Assembly: GCA_035648715.1 (NCBI GenBank)
Contig: DASRLA010000007.1
Location: forward strand, 6,445-70,444
Direction of reading: 5' to 3'
Origin: Pseudolabrys sp.
GTDB lineage: Bacteria; Pseudomonadota; Alphaproteobacteria; Rhizobiales; Xanthobacteraceae
DNA: 64,000 bases
Shown: positions 19,904 to 28,959 of the stretch, piece by piece
Layout of the letters: every line of letters starts with the position of its first letter
Numbering within the stretch: position 1 is the stretch's first letter
The notes under the pieces: generated by a model
Seen by the model: the letters and a program-made list of their open reading frames with translations, nothing else
Database searches by the model: none
Told to the model about the DNA's origin: nothing
Made by a program: the position numbers and the translations under genes

Positions 19904-20004
19904 AGCCTTTCCGGCTTTGATGGAATCAAAGCCGGGACTCTAGCTTTTATTTTATCGCGTTTTCTTCACGCGAACCGGTACCCACTTCGCTCGAAAACGC
20001 TCTA
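19901..20004. repeat. TAGAGC...GCTCTA palindromic repeat (Bru-RS/RIME-like, 104 bp)
   Basis: Two hairpin arms TAGAGCCTTTCCGGCTTTGAT...ATCAAAGCCGGGACTCTA and GCGTTTTC...GAAAACGCTCTA; terminal TAGs are the stop codons of both flanking convergent genes. Confidence 0.8.
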
Positions 20005-20784
20005 ACGCTCGCGCGCCACCGCGCTTTCATGCCAGCGCCGCAGCATGAAATGCGAAAGCGTCGACAAGACGAAAAAGATCGCGACGCCGGCAAGCGCCAA
20101 CAGGAACAGCGCCGCGAACATGCGCGGTATGTTGAGCCGGTAGCCCGATTCGGCGATGCGATACGCCAGTCCCGAACCGGCGCCGGCCGAGCCCGCCGCG
20201 ATTTCCGCCACCACCGCGCCGATCAGCGCCAGCCCACCGGCAATGCGCAGCCCGGCGAGCATCTGCGGCAGCGCCGCCGGCAGCTTGAGATACATCAGCA
20301 CCTGCCAGCGCGAGGCTTTGTAAAGGTCGAACAGCGCGACCAGATTGTGATCGACCGAGTTCAGGCCGAGTGTGGTATTCGCCAGCACTGGGAAGAAGGC
20401 GACGATCCAGGCGCAGGCCAGCACCGCCAAGGGCTGCGGCAGATAGATCAGCAGCAAGGGCGCGACCGCCACCACTGGCGTCACTTGCAAGACGACGGCA
20501 TAGGGATAGAACGAATATTCGATCACGCGCCATTGGTTGAAGGTGACCGCCAGCAATATGCCGCCGGCCGCCGCCAGCACGAAGCCCTCGAAGGTGATGG
20601 TCAACGTCACCAGCAGCGATTGCCAAAGCAGCCCGGCATCGTTGTACAGCGTCGCCAGAACCAATCCCGGTCCGGGCAGCACATAAGGCGGAATGGCGAA
20701 GACGCGCACCGCGGCATCCCAGGCGAATACAATCATCGCCAGCACAATGAGAGGCAAAATGAGGCGGACAGCGCGTTCGTTCAT
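20002..20784 (-). CDS. NitT/TauT-family ABC transporter permease
   Basis: QVTPVVAVAPL, FFPVLANT, LKLPAALP, GAVVAE. Confidence 0.9.
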   Translation of the reverse strand: MNERAVRLILPLIVLAMIVFAWDAAVRVFAIPPYVLPGPGLVLATLYNDAGLLWQSLLVTLTITFEGFVLAAAGGILLAVTFNQWRVIEYSFYPYAVVLQVTPVVAVAPLLLIYLPQPLAVLACAWIVAFFPVLANTTLGLNSVDHNLVALFDLYKASRWQVLMYLKLPAALPQMLAGLRIAGGLALIGAVVAEIAAGSAGAGSGLAYRIAESGYRLNIPRMFAALFLLALAGVAIFFVLSTLSHFMLRRWHESAVARER

Positions 20785-21557
20785 GCCGCCGTCTCCGCCA
20801 TCGCTTCGCCCAATGCCTCTGCCACCTGGCGGCAATGGCCGGCATATTCCGCCGAGGTCCGGAAGCGCTCATCGCGCGGATAAGGCGCGCCGACGTCGAT
20901 CTCGGTAAAGACGCGGCCGGGACGTTGCGTCATCACCACGATGCGCTGCGCCAGATAAACCGACTCGAACACCGAATGGGTGACGAAGATCACCGTGCGG
21001 CGTAAGCTTTGCCAGAGCGCCAGCAAATCGTTGTTGAGCTTGAAGCGGGTGATCTCGTCAAGCGCGGCGAAGGGTTCGTCCATCAGCAACAATTGCGGCT
21101 CGGTCACCAGCGCGCGCGCGATCGAGGCGCGCATTTTCATGCCGCCGGACAATTCGCGCGGATAGGCACCCGCGAACTCGCCCAAGCCCACATGCGCCAG
21201 CGCCGCGTCCACCGCCCGGCGTGCTGCGCCCGCCTCAGCATGCGCAAGCTTCAGCGGAAGCCGCACATTGCCGGCAATCGTCGCCCACGGCATCAGCGTC
21301 GGATCCTGAAAGACGAAGCCGATTCCGCCTGCCGGCCCGGCCGCCAGTTCGACCGTGCCCTGTGAAGCTTCGCTCAAGCCGGCGATGATGCGCAGCGCAG
21401 TCGACTTGCCGCAACCGGACGGCCCGAGCAGCGCGACGAATTCGCCGGCGCGGACGGTCAGATCAAACCCATCGAGCGCGACGGTGCCGCGCGCATAGGT
21501 CTTGCCGACCCCGCGCAGGGAGACGATTGGATTGGTTTGCGGAATTGGCTGCGCCAT
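20781..21557 (-). CDS. NitT/TauT-family ABC transporter ATP-binding protein
   Basis: GPSGCGKS, LSGGMKMR, LLMDEPF. Confidence 0.93.
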   Translation of the reverse strand: MAQPIPQTNPIVSLRGVGKTYARGTVALDGFDLTVRAGEFVALLGPSGCGKSTALRIIAGLSEASQGTVELAAGPAGGIGFVFQDPTLMPWATIAGNVRLPLKLAHAEAGAARRAVDAALAHVGLGEFAGAYPRELSGGMKMRASIARALVTEPQLLLMDEPFAALDEITRFKLNNDLLALWQSLRRTVIFVTHSVFESVYLAQRIVVMTQRPGRVFTEIDVGAPYPRDERFRTSAEYAGHCRQVAEALGEAMAETAA

Positions 21558-21594
21558 TTTGCTCCGTCGTGCCCGGCCATGACGGCAAAGTCCG

Positions 21595-22644
21595 TTACTT
21601 CGGCCTTAGCTCTAGCCCGACTTTCTTGTTGACGAACTGGGTCGTAAAAGCGCGCGTGTAATCGACGTTCGAGCGCACCACCCCGGCGCGCACCATCTTG
21701 TCAAAGAAATTCTTCATGCGCTGATCGCTCATGGCGCCGATGCCGTGCGTCAGCGCGTCGCCGGAATCGACAATGCCGTATTCCTTCATCTTGGCGATGG
21801 AATAGGCCAGCATCGCGTCGGTCATTTCCGGGTTTTGTTTTTTGATGAGCGCGTTGCCCAATTTGCTATCGCCATAAATGTAGTGATACCAACCGATGAT
21901 CGAGGCATCGACAAAGCGCTGTACCAGATCGGGGTCTTTCTCCACCAGTTCACGCCGAGTTTCGATCAGCGTCGAATAGGTGTTGAAGCCGTAATCGGCG
22001 AGCAGAAATATTTTCGGCTTGAACTTGCCTTGCGTTTCGATCGCGTAAGGCTCGGAGGTGACGTAACCCTGCATCGCGGTTGCCTTGTCGGCAAGGAACG
22101 GCTGCGGGTTGAAGGTGTAAGGCTTCACCTTGCGGTCGGTGAAACCGTAGTCGGCCTTGAGCCATTGGAAATAGCTCGCCATTCCCTCTTTCGAGACCAG
22201 CAGCGTAAGCTGCTTGAGGTCTTCGAGCTTGTTGGCCATGCCGGGATGCGCGAGCAGCACCTGCGGATCTTTCTGGAAACTCGCCGCAACCGCGACGGTC
22301 GGAATATTCTGCTCGACCGCGTCGAAGCTTTGCAACGAATTGGCGCTCATGAAGAAGTCGATCTTGCCGACCGGCAGCAAAATGCGGTTGTTCACATTCG
22401 GCCCACCGGGCACGATCTCGACGTCGAGGCCGTATTTCTTGTAGGTGCCATCGGCGAGCGCCTGATAGAAGCCGCCATGCTCGGCTTCCGCCACCCAGTT
22501 AGTGCCGAAGCGCACTTTGTGCAGCGACGATCCATCTTTCTTCGGCTCGGGCGCCGCGCCATGCTGGGCCTGCGCCGGCAAGCTTGCCGCCAAGATAGCC
22601 CCCGAGAGAAACAGGATCGGCAGGATAAAGGCTTTGCGCTGCAT
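21595..22644 (-). CDS. NitT/TauT (NMT1/THI5-like) ABC substrate-binding protein
   Basis: Signal peptide; TNWVAEAEHGGFYQA, QGYVTSEP. Confidence 0.88.
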   Translation of the reverse strand: MQRKAFILPILFLSGAILAASLPAQAQHGAAPEPKKDGSSLHKVRFGTNWVAEAEHGGFYQALADGTYKKYGLDVEIVPGGPNVNNRILLPVGKIDFFMSANSLQSFDAVEQNIPTVAVAASFQKDPQVLLAHPGMANKLEDLKQLTLLVSKEGMASYFQWLKADYGFTDRKVKPYTFNPQPFLADKATAMQGYVTSEPYAIETQGKFKPKIFLLADYGFNTYSTLIETRRELVEKDPDLVQRFVDASIIGWYHYIYGDSKLGNALIKKQNPEMTDAMLAYSIAKMKEYGIVDSGDALTHGIGAMSDQRMKNFFDKMVRAGVVRSNVDYTRAFTTQFVNKKVGLELRPK

Positions 22645-22906
22645 CGAATCGGTTCTCCGCATTTTTCGGGTTCCTATGTACCGGATTGACGCTTCGGTCG
22701 CAGCCTCCGGCTATCGCGACGGATAAATGCCCGAAAATAACTAAAAATCCCGCCGCCGTGAGCCATTTTCCAACCAGAACCTTGTCCGGTCCAGACTTGT
22801 CTTAATCAGCCTAATTTGCATTGATAAGCCTGAAGAATAAGCACCCGCTTAGACAAGGCCGCCCAATGGCCAACAAGCGGATCATAATCATCGGGAGGAT
22901 CAGAAA

Positions 22907-23881
22907 ATGTCGCTTACCAAAACCCTGCTCGCAATCGCCGCCGCCACCTTGTTGTCGGCCGCGACCGCGTCGGCACAGACCGAAATCAAATTCGGACATG
23001 TGGGCGAACCTGGCTCGCTGTTTGACCAGTCCGCGCAGGAATTCGCCAAGCGCGCCAATGCCAAGCTCGGCAGCAAGGCGCACGTCACGGTCTACGGCTC
23101 GAGCCAGCTCGGCGGCGATGGCGAACTGATGAAGAAGCTCAAGCTCGGCACCGTCGATCTCGCGCTGCCCTCAACCGTGATGTCCTCGCAGGTGCCCGCG
23201 TTCGGCCTGTTCGAAATGCCATACCTCGTTAAAAACCGCGAGCACATGGCGAAAATCAGCGACCAGGTCGTCAACCCGACGCTGGTGCCGATCGCGGCAA
23301 AGTCCGGCTACAACATCATCGGGATTTGGGAAAACGGCTTCCGCCAGATCACCAACAGCAAGCACCCGATCAAAGTGCCGGCTGATTTGCAGGGCATTAA
23401 GCTGCGCGTTCCCGGCGGCACCTGGCGGGTCAAGATGTTCAAAGCCTATGGCGCCAACCCGAGCCCGCTCGCGTTCTCGGAAGTGTTCGTGGCGCTGCAA
23501 ACCGGCGTGATGGACGGCGAGGAAAATCCGCTGGCCCAAATCTACCCGGCGCGCTTTTACGAAGTGCAGAAATACCTGTCGATGACCGGTCACGTCTACA
23601 CGCCGGCCTACGTCACCGCCGGCGCGAGTTGGGCGCGGCTGCCGGCCGACGTACAGAAAATCCTCAAGGACACGGCAGTCGAGATGGAACCCGTGGTCTA
23701 CAAGATCGCCGCCGGGCTTGACGACAGCCTGTACAAGAAATTGAAAGAAGCGGGGATGCAGATCAACGACGCCGACAAGGATGCCTTCATCAAGGCGAGT
23801 GCGCCGATCTACGACGAGTTCGCCAAGGAGGTGCCCGGCGGCAAAGAGCTGGTCGATAAGTCGCTGGCGCTGGGCAAATAA
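22907..23881 (+). CDS. dctP: TRAP transporter substrate-binding protein DctP
   Basis: Signal peptide, SSQLGGD, ENGFRQIT, GIKLRVP, ALQTGVMDGEENP. Confidence 0.92.
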   Translation: MSLTKTLLAIAAATLLSAATASAQTEIKFGHVGEPGSLFDQSAQEFAKRANAKLGSKAHVTVYGSSQLGGDGELMKKLKLGTVDLALPSTVMSSQVPAFGLFEMPYLVKNREHMAKISDQVVNPTLVPIAAKSGYNIIGIWENGFRQITNSKHPIKVPADLQGIKLRVPGGTWRVKMFKAYGANPSPLAFSEVFVALQTGVMDGEENPLAQIYPARFYEVQKYLSMTGHVYTPAYVTAGASWARLPADVQKILKDTAVEMEPVVYKIAAGLDDSLYKKLKEAGMQINDADKDAFIKASAPIYDEFAKEVPGGKELVDKSLALGK

Positions 23882-23940
23882 TAGCTCACCAATGAAAAAG
23901 GGGCCGCCGCGGGGCGGCCCCGATCTTAAGGAGTTTTGCC

Positions 23941-24498
23941 TTGACACTCGACCGCCTGCGCGCGGGTTTCGAATACGTGCTCGAAACCATCGTCGTCGTG
24001 CTGGTGACGGCGCTGACCGCGCTCGTCATCTGCGGCTTTTGCTTCCGTTACCTCGGCCACGCGCTGTCCTGGTATGACGAGATCGCCTCGGTCGGCCTGG
24101 TCTGGCTGACCTATTACGGCTCGGCGCTTGCCGCCTTGCGCGGCGCGCATATCGGCGTGCCCGGCTTCGTCAACGCCATGCCGCCGAAGGCGCGCATCGC
24201 GGCCACCATATTCGCCGAAGTGGTGGTGTTCATCTTCATCATCATGCTCGCCATCACCGGCATCGAGGTGTTGGTCGTGCTCGGTGGCGACAACCTGGTC
24301 AGCCTCGAATGGATGCCGCAGCGCGTCACCGCCTCGGCCATTCCGATCGGGGCGGCGCTGTTCATCATCGCCGAGGCTCTGCGCCTGCCCAAATTGATGC
24401 GCGACGCGCGCGGCGGCGGCTTCATCGACACCGAAGCGATCGAGGCTATGTCGCACGGCGCCCCCGACCTCAGCGCCACCCCGGAGCCGAAACGATGA
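23941..24498 (+). CDS. dctQ: TRAP transporter small permease DctQ
   Basis: 4 TMs, RY..G..LSWYDE, HIGV; lies between dctP and dctM. Confidence 0.88.
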   Translation: MTLDRLRAGFEYVLETIVVVLVTALTALVICGFCFRYLGHALSWYDEIASVGLVWLTYYGSALAALRGAHIGVPGFVNAMPPKARIAATIFAEVVVFIFIIMLAITGIEVLVVLGGDNLVSLEWMPQRVTASAIPIGAALFIIAEALRLPKLMRDARGGGFIDTEAIEAMSHGAPDLSATPEPKR

Positions 24499-25781
24499 CC
24501 ATCACGATAATGCTCGTCGGCATGATCGCGCTCGCCGTGCTCAACGTGCCGATCGCGATCGCGCTCGGCTTCGTCGCCATGGTCGCGGTCGTGTTCATCC
24601 AGGGCACGCACATGCTGCCCAATGTCGCGCTGGAAATGTACGACGGCGCCTCGAGCTTCCCGCTGCTCGCGATCCCGTTGTTCATCCTGTCGGGCGCGAT
24701 CATGAATGCCTCCTCGATCTCGCGACGGTTGATCGCGTTTGCAACCGCGGTGGTCGGCTGGGTGCGCGGCGGCCTGTCGATGGTGGCGATCGGCACCTCG
24801 GTGTTCTTCGCCGAGATTTCAGGATCCGCGGTCGCCGATGTCGCCGCGCTCGGCACCATCCTCATCCCGGCGATGAAAAATCGCGGCTACACCAAGGAAG
24901 TCGCCGCCGCCACCATGTCGTCGGCGGCAAGCCTTGCCATCATCATCCCGCCCTCGATCCCGATGGTGCTTTACGCGGTGATGGCGCAGACCTCGGTGGT
25001 CAAACTTTTCGTCGCCGGCATCATCCCGGGTCTGATCGGCGCGCTCAGCATGGCGGCGGCCGCCTATTACCACGCGGTCAAATACAACTTCCCGCGCGAG
25101 CAGGCTTTCCGCCTTTCGGAAGTCTGGCGTACGTTCAAGGAAGCGCTGTGGGCCTTCATTCTTCCCATCGCCATCCTCGGCAGCATTTTCGGCGGCATCG
25201 TCACCGCGACGGAAGGCGCCGGAATGGCGGTGGTCGCGGCGATCGTCGTCGGCGGCTTCATCTATCGCGATCTCGATTTCCGCGAACTGCGCAAGGCTTG
25301 CGTCGATGGCGGCATCCAGACCGCGGTGGTGATGCTGCTGGTGGCCTCCTCCGCGCTGATCGGCACGTTCCTCACCGAGGCGCAACTGCCGCAGGCGCTC
25401 GGCCACGCCATCACACAGGTGACCGACAATAAATATGTCGTGCTGTTCCTGCTCAACATCGTCTTTTTAATCCTCGGCATGTTCCTGCATTCGGCAGCCG
25501 CGATCATCCTCGTCGTGCCGATCGTGATGCCGATGGTCACCGCGGTCGGCATCGACCCCATTCATTTCGGATTGGTGGTGACGCTCAACCTCGCCATCGG
25601 CCAGCAGACGCCGCCGGTGGCAAGCGTGCTGATGACGGCTTGCGCCATCGCCAAGTCGGATATCTGGGAAACCACAAAGGACAACGTGCCTTATCTAGTG
25701 GCGCTGCTCGGCGTGCTTTTCCTGTGCACCTACGTGCCGTGGATCCCGATGGTGCTGGTCAACGTCTTTTACGGGAACTAA
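24495..25781 (+). CDS. dctM: TRAP transporter large permease DctM
   Basis: LLAIPLFIL, ISGSAVAD, IIPPSIP, TPPV. Confidence 0.93.
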   Translation: MTITIMLVGMIALAVLNVPIAIALGFVAMVAVVFIQGTHMLPNVALEMYDGASSFPLLAIPLFILSGAIMNASSISRRLIAFATAVVGWVRGGLSMVAIGTSVFFAEISGSAVADVAALGTILIPAMKNRGYTKEVAAATMSSAASLAIIIPPSIPMVLYAVMAQTSVVKLFVAGIIPGLIGALSMAAAAYYHAVKYNFPREQAFRLSEVWRTFKEALWAFILPIAILGSIFGGIVTATEGAGMAVVAAIVVGGFIYRDLDFRELRKACVDGGIQTAVVMLLVASSALIGTFLTEAQLPQALGHAITQVTDNKYVVLFLLNIVFLILGMFLHSAAAIILVVPIVMPMVTAVGIDPIHFGLVVTLNLAIGQQTPPVASVLMTACAIAKSDIWETTKDNVPYLVALLGVLFLCTYVPWIPMVLVNVFYGN

Positions 25782-25793
25782 CCGGAGAGACCG

Positions 25794-26330
25794 ATGCGTT
25801 TGCTTCCGGTGCTTTTCGTTGCCGCCGCGACCCTGGCCGGAAGCGAGGCGCAAGCGCGCCGTGAATTTCCTTACATGGTCGAAAGAGCCGGCCCACGCAT
25901 CGATCGTGTCGACATCATCGACAAAGGCATTTATCGCGCGATCCCGAAACTCTCCCAGCAGGATGAGGCCTCGCCAACCGGCGGCGTGCGCGCGCTGGCG
26001 GGGATTACGCTCATCAAGAATACCGACACCTTCAAGCCAACGCTCGGTATGCATTTCGGCATTCGCTACACCATCCGCGGATTTCCGGCCGGCGCGCGGG
26101 TGCGGATCAAAATCGTGCAGCATTATCCGATTGCCGGTTTGAAAAATCCGCGCAATCAAAAGGCTACCTACAGCTACGAGCAGACCAGCATGAAGGTGGT
26201 CGGCTATCCGGCTTTCGAGGGCTATCATCTGGGCGCGCCGTGGGAATTGGTGCCCGGCATCTGGAGCTTCGAAATCTGGCACGAAGGCCGGCTGCTGGCC
26301 GAACAGAAATTCGAACTGACCGCGAATTAG
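25794..26330 (+). CDS. exported protein, DUF3859-like
   Basis: Signal peptide; LGMHFGIRYTI and ELVPGIWSFEIW..GRLLAEQKF pattern. Confidence 0.6.
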   Translation: MRLLPVLFVAAATLAGSEAQARREFPYMVERAGPRIDRVDIIDKGIYRAIPKLSQQDEASPTGGVRALAGITLIKNTDTFKPTLGMHFGIRYTIRGFPAGARVRIKIVQHYPIAGLKNPRNQKATYSYEQTSMKVVGYPAFEGYHLGAPWELVPGIWSFEIWHEGRLLAEQKFELTAN

Positions 26331-26343
26331 CGCGGCCGGAACC

Positions 26344-27378
26344 TCAGCCGTTCAGCTCTCGCCGCACGATGGCCGCGCCTTCGACCATGGCCGCCATTTT
26401 TCCGTAAGCGACCTCGCGCGACAGATATTTCAGACCGCAGTCGGGCGCGATCACCAGTTTATCGGCCGGCACGTAAGGCAGCGCGCGGCGGATGCGCGCG
26501 GCCACCGTTTCTGGATGTTCGATCGCCATGTTGGACAGGTCGAGCACGCCGAGAATGATGGTTTTGCCCGGCAGCGTTTTCAACACGCTGCAATCAAGCC
26601 CGGATTGCGCGGTCTCGATCGAAATCTGCCGCACCGGCGAGTTCGCAAGCTCCGGCAGGAACGAATAGCCTTCCGGCCGCACGTGGATGATCGCCGCATA
26701 GCCGAAGCAGATGTGCACGGCGGTCGTGCCGGTGACGCCGTCGAGCGCTGCGTTTAAGCCCTTCAAGCCTATCTGGCGCGCCTTGTCCGACCGCGCCTGC
26801 ATGTAAGGTTCGTCGATCTGCACGATATCGGCGCCCGCCTTGAACAAATCCTTGATCTCGGCATTCACGGCCGCCGCGTAATCGAGCACCATTTCCTGCT
26901 CGTCTTTATAGAAATCATTCTGCGCCTGCTGCGACATGGTGAAGGGGCCCGGCACCGTGATCTTGATGACGCGGTCGGTATTGGCGCGCAGGAATTCAAC
27001 GTCGCGAACTTCGACCGGATGCTTACGGCGTATTTTGCCGGTAATGCGCGGCACCGGATTGGGGTGGCCGGAACGATCGAGCGCGGTGCCGGGGTTGTCG
27101 ATGTCGACGCCTTCAAGCGCGGTGGCGAAGCGGTTGGAGTAGCTTTCGCGGCGCTGCTCGCCGTCGGTGACGATATCGAGCCCGGCCCGTTCCTGCTCGC
27201 GAATGGCAATGAGCGTCGCGTCGTCCTGCGCTTCGTCGATGAATTCGGGCGGGATACGCCACAGTTCTTTGGCGCGCACGCGTGGCGGAAAGCGGCCGGC
27301 GAGCTTCTTGCGGTCGATCAGCCATTCCGGCTGCGCGTAGGAGCCGACCAGCGAGGTCGGCAAAAGCGACAATGGCAT
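26344..27378 (-). CDS. cobalamin-independent methionine synthase II family (MetE C-terminal core only)
   Basis: VGSYAQP, TDGEQRR, PGPFT, QIDEP, Zn ligands HIC and PDCG. Confidence 0.85.
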   Translation of the reverse strand: MPLSLLPTSLVGSYAQPEWLIDRKKLAGRFPPRVRAKELWRIPPEFIDEAQDDATLIAIREQERAGLDIVTDGEQRRESYSNRFATALEGVDIDNPGTALDRSGHPNPVPRITGKIRRKHPVEVRDVEFLRANTDRVIKITVPGPFTMSQQAQNDFYKDEQEMVLDYAAAVNAEIKDLFKAGADIVQIDEPYMQARSDKARQIGLKGLNAALDGVTGTTAVHICFGYAAIIHVRPEGYSFLPELANSPVRQISIETAQSGLDCSVLKTLPGKTIILGVLDLSNMAIEHPETVAARIRRALPYVPADKLVIAPDCGLKYLSREVAYGKMAAMVEGAAIVRRELNG

Positions 27379-27423
27379 TGTGGCCTCTCCCGAGCAATTG
27401 ATGCGAGCGCATTTTATGTGTGA

Positions 27424-27498
27424 GCCTCGAAGTGTGAACGGCCATTGTGTGACCGTCCATCCTTCGAGGTCCGCTTCGCTCGCACCGAAGATGACGGA
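27424..27498. repeat. degenerate palindromic repeat
   Basis: GCCTCGAAG...CCTTCGAGG...GATGACGG resembles the 34177-34268 repeat family. Confidence 0.5.
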
Positions 27499-27659
27499 TT
27501 TGAAGCTTTGCCGCTAGCCGACAGATGCATTCGAACAGTTATCTGGCTGTGGGTGTCTTGCCCTTATTTAGTTGTGACCCGGCCTATTCCCACTTTGTAG
27601 GTATTTGAAAGGACTACGACTCTTGCGTGTTCTTATCCTTTCGTTAACCTTCGCCATTA

Positions 27660-28604
27660 TTGATTCGCGCAAAAACACCCTCGAACGGAAGCGCATTGTC
27701 AAAAAGTCTCGCGAACTCAGCGCAAGTGACTTCATCGTCACCTAGACTAGAAAGCACTAATTATGTGCCGCGGGTTCTTATTGTCGAAGACGAGCTTGGA
27801 TACGCAGTCGAATTAATGAGTGCGCTTCGAATATCAACAACCCCCACGCAAACAATGCGATTCGAAGTTGACATTACCGCCGAACCAATGGTGGCAATTG
27901 AGCATGCACGTCGGGACGACATCGATATTTATATCGTCGACCTTAAATTCAAAGATCCTGAAAACCCTAGTATCGAAAATCCGGAGATCGGCAAGGCGCT
28001 GATAAAGGAAATTCTTGAAGCGACGAATGCTGGGCTAATTGTACACTCAACAATGCCTGCCGATGAATACGCGGTGGAGTTTATGTTGCTCGGTGCTGAT
28101 GACTATATTGAGAAAATGTCACGCGAAGGCGGGGCACGAGAAGTTAGGGAAGGAAAGCATCTCAAGGACAAACAACTTGCGCTTCATGAAATCCTTAGAG
28201 CCAAAGTATTGGCGGTGTGGCGCCGTGTGCAACTTACACGCCCCTCTCAGTTCGAAAACATCGCCCACAACGGTCGTTTATTTCTAATCGGCGACTGGTA
28301 TTTCCTCATTGGGAGCCGTGAACTCAAAAACAAAAAGAATGAAACAATTAGAATATCACCTACCGAACACGCGCTGCTCCGATATCTGTGCGCCGTCCAA
28401 GGGCACGAGATCGACGTGGAGACTTTTAATTTGGAAATACTTGGGCGATCTCCATCAGAGAGAGAGAAGAGGGTTGATAACTACATTTTTCGAATCCGCA
28501 ACCGACTTGGCCCTTCTGTGCAACTAACCTCAAACAGAGCAGGCAAATATAGGTTGCTCACTGTTAAAGAGTTAGGCAATCCATCTTTTGTGCCAAGTGG
28601 GTAA
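27660..28604 (+). CDS. orphan OmpR/PhoB-like response regulator (receiver + winged helix), AT-rich
   Basis: VLIVEDE, YIVD (phosphoacceptor), GADDYIEK, ISPTEHALL, VDNYIFRIRNRL; true start may be GTG near 27765. Confidence 0.8.
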   Translation: MIRAKTPSNGSALSKSLANSAQVTSSSPRLESTNYVPRVLIVEDELGYAVELMSALRISTTPTQTMRFEVDITAEPMVAIEHARRDDIDIYIVDLKFKDPENPSIENPEIGKALIKEILEATNAGLIVHSTMPADEYAVEFMLLGADDYIEKMSREGGAREVREGKHLKDKQLALHEILRAKVLAVWRRVQLTRPSQFENIAHNGRLFLIGDWYFLIGSRELKNKKNETIRISPTEHALLRYLCAVQGHEIDVETFNLEILGRSPSEREKRVDNYIFRIRNRLGPSVQLTSNRAGKYRLLTVKELGNPSFVPSG

Positions 28605-28623
28605 TCCCCTCGTTATGTGATCA

Positions 28624-28803
28624 TCACCTAAGTCGCGGTACTAGCCAAATCAGCGGGCCACACAAGGCTGCCGCCAAAATCGACGGCAACATCGCATGCA
28701 GCCAAAAGACGTCAGCGCGGACGAGACTCGCAGTAAGGGATATCCCTTGCATTACAGCGCCCGTATAAAGAGCACATACGAATTCGATTTCATTTCGGAG
28801 CAT
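28624..28803 (-). CDS. putative small membrane protein (59 aa)
   Basis: GGGAG RBS 7 nt before ATG; MLRNEIEFVCALYTGAVMQGISLTASLVRADVFWLHAMLPSILAAALCGPLIWLVPRLR has two hydrophobic stretches. Confidence 0.4.
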   Translation of the reverse strand: MLRNEIEFVCALYTGAVMQGISLTASLVRADVFWLHAMLPSILAAALCGPLIWLVPRLR

Positions 28804-28959
28804 TGCCAAACTCCCATAGCAGGTCGAATCTGAACTACAGAAGTCTGTATTAGATGCTATAATTCGTGACTTTTTTGTTAACGCCTGAAAACGCTGGCTA
28901 GCAAACCATTTTATTCGCACTTGCCCGCCGAGCGGCTCAACTCCCCCGGGGCGGAGAAA

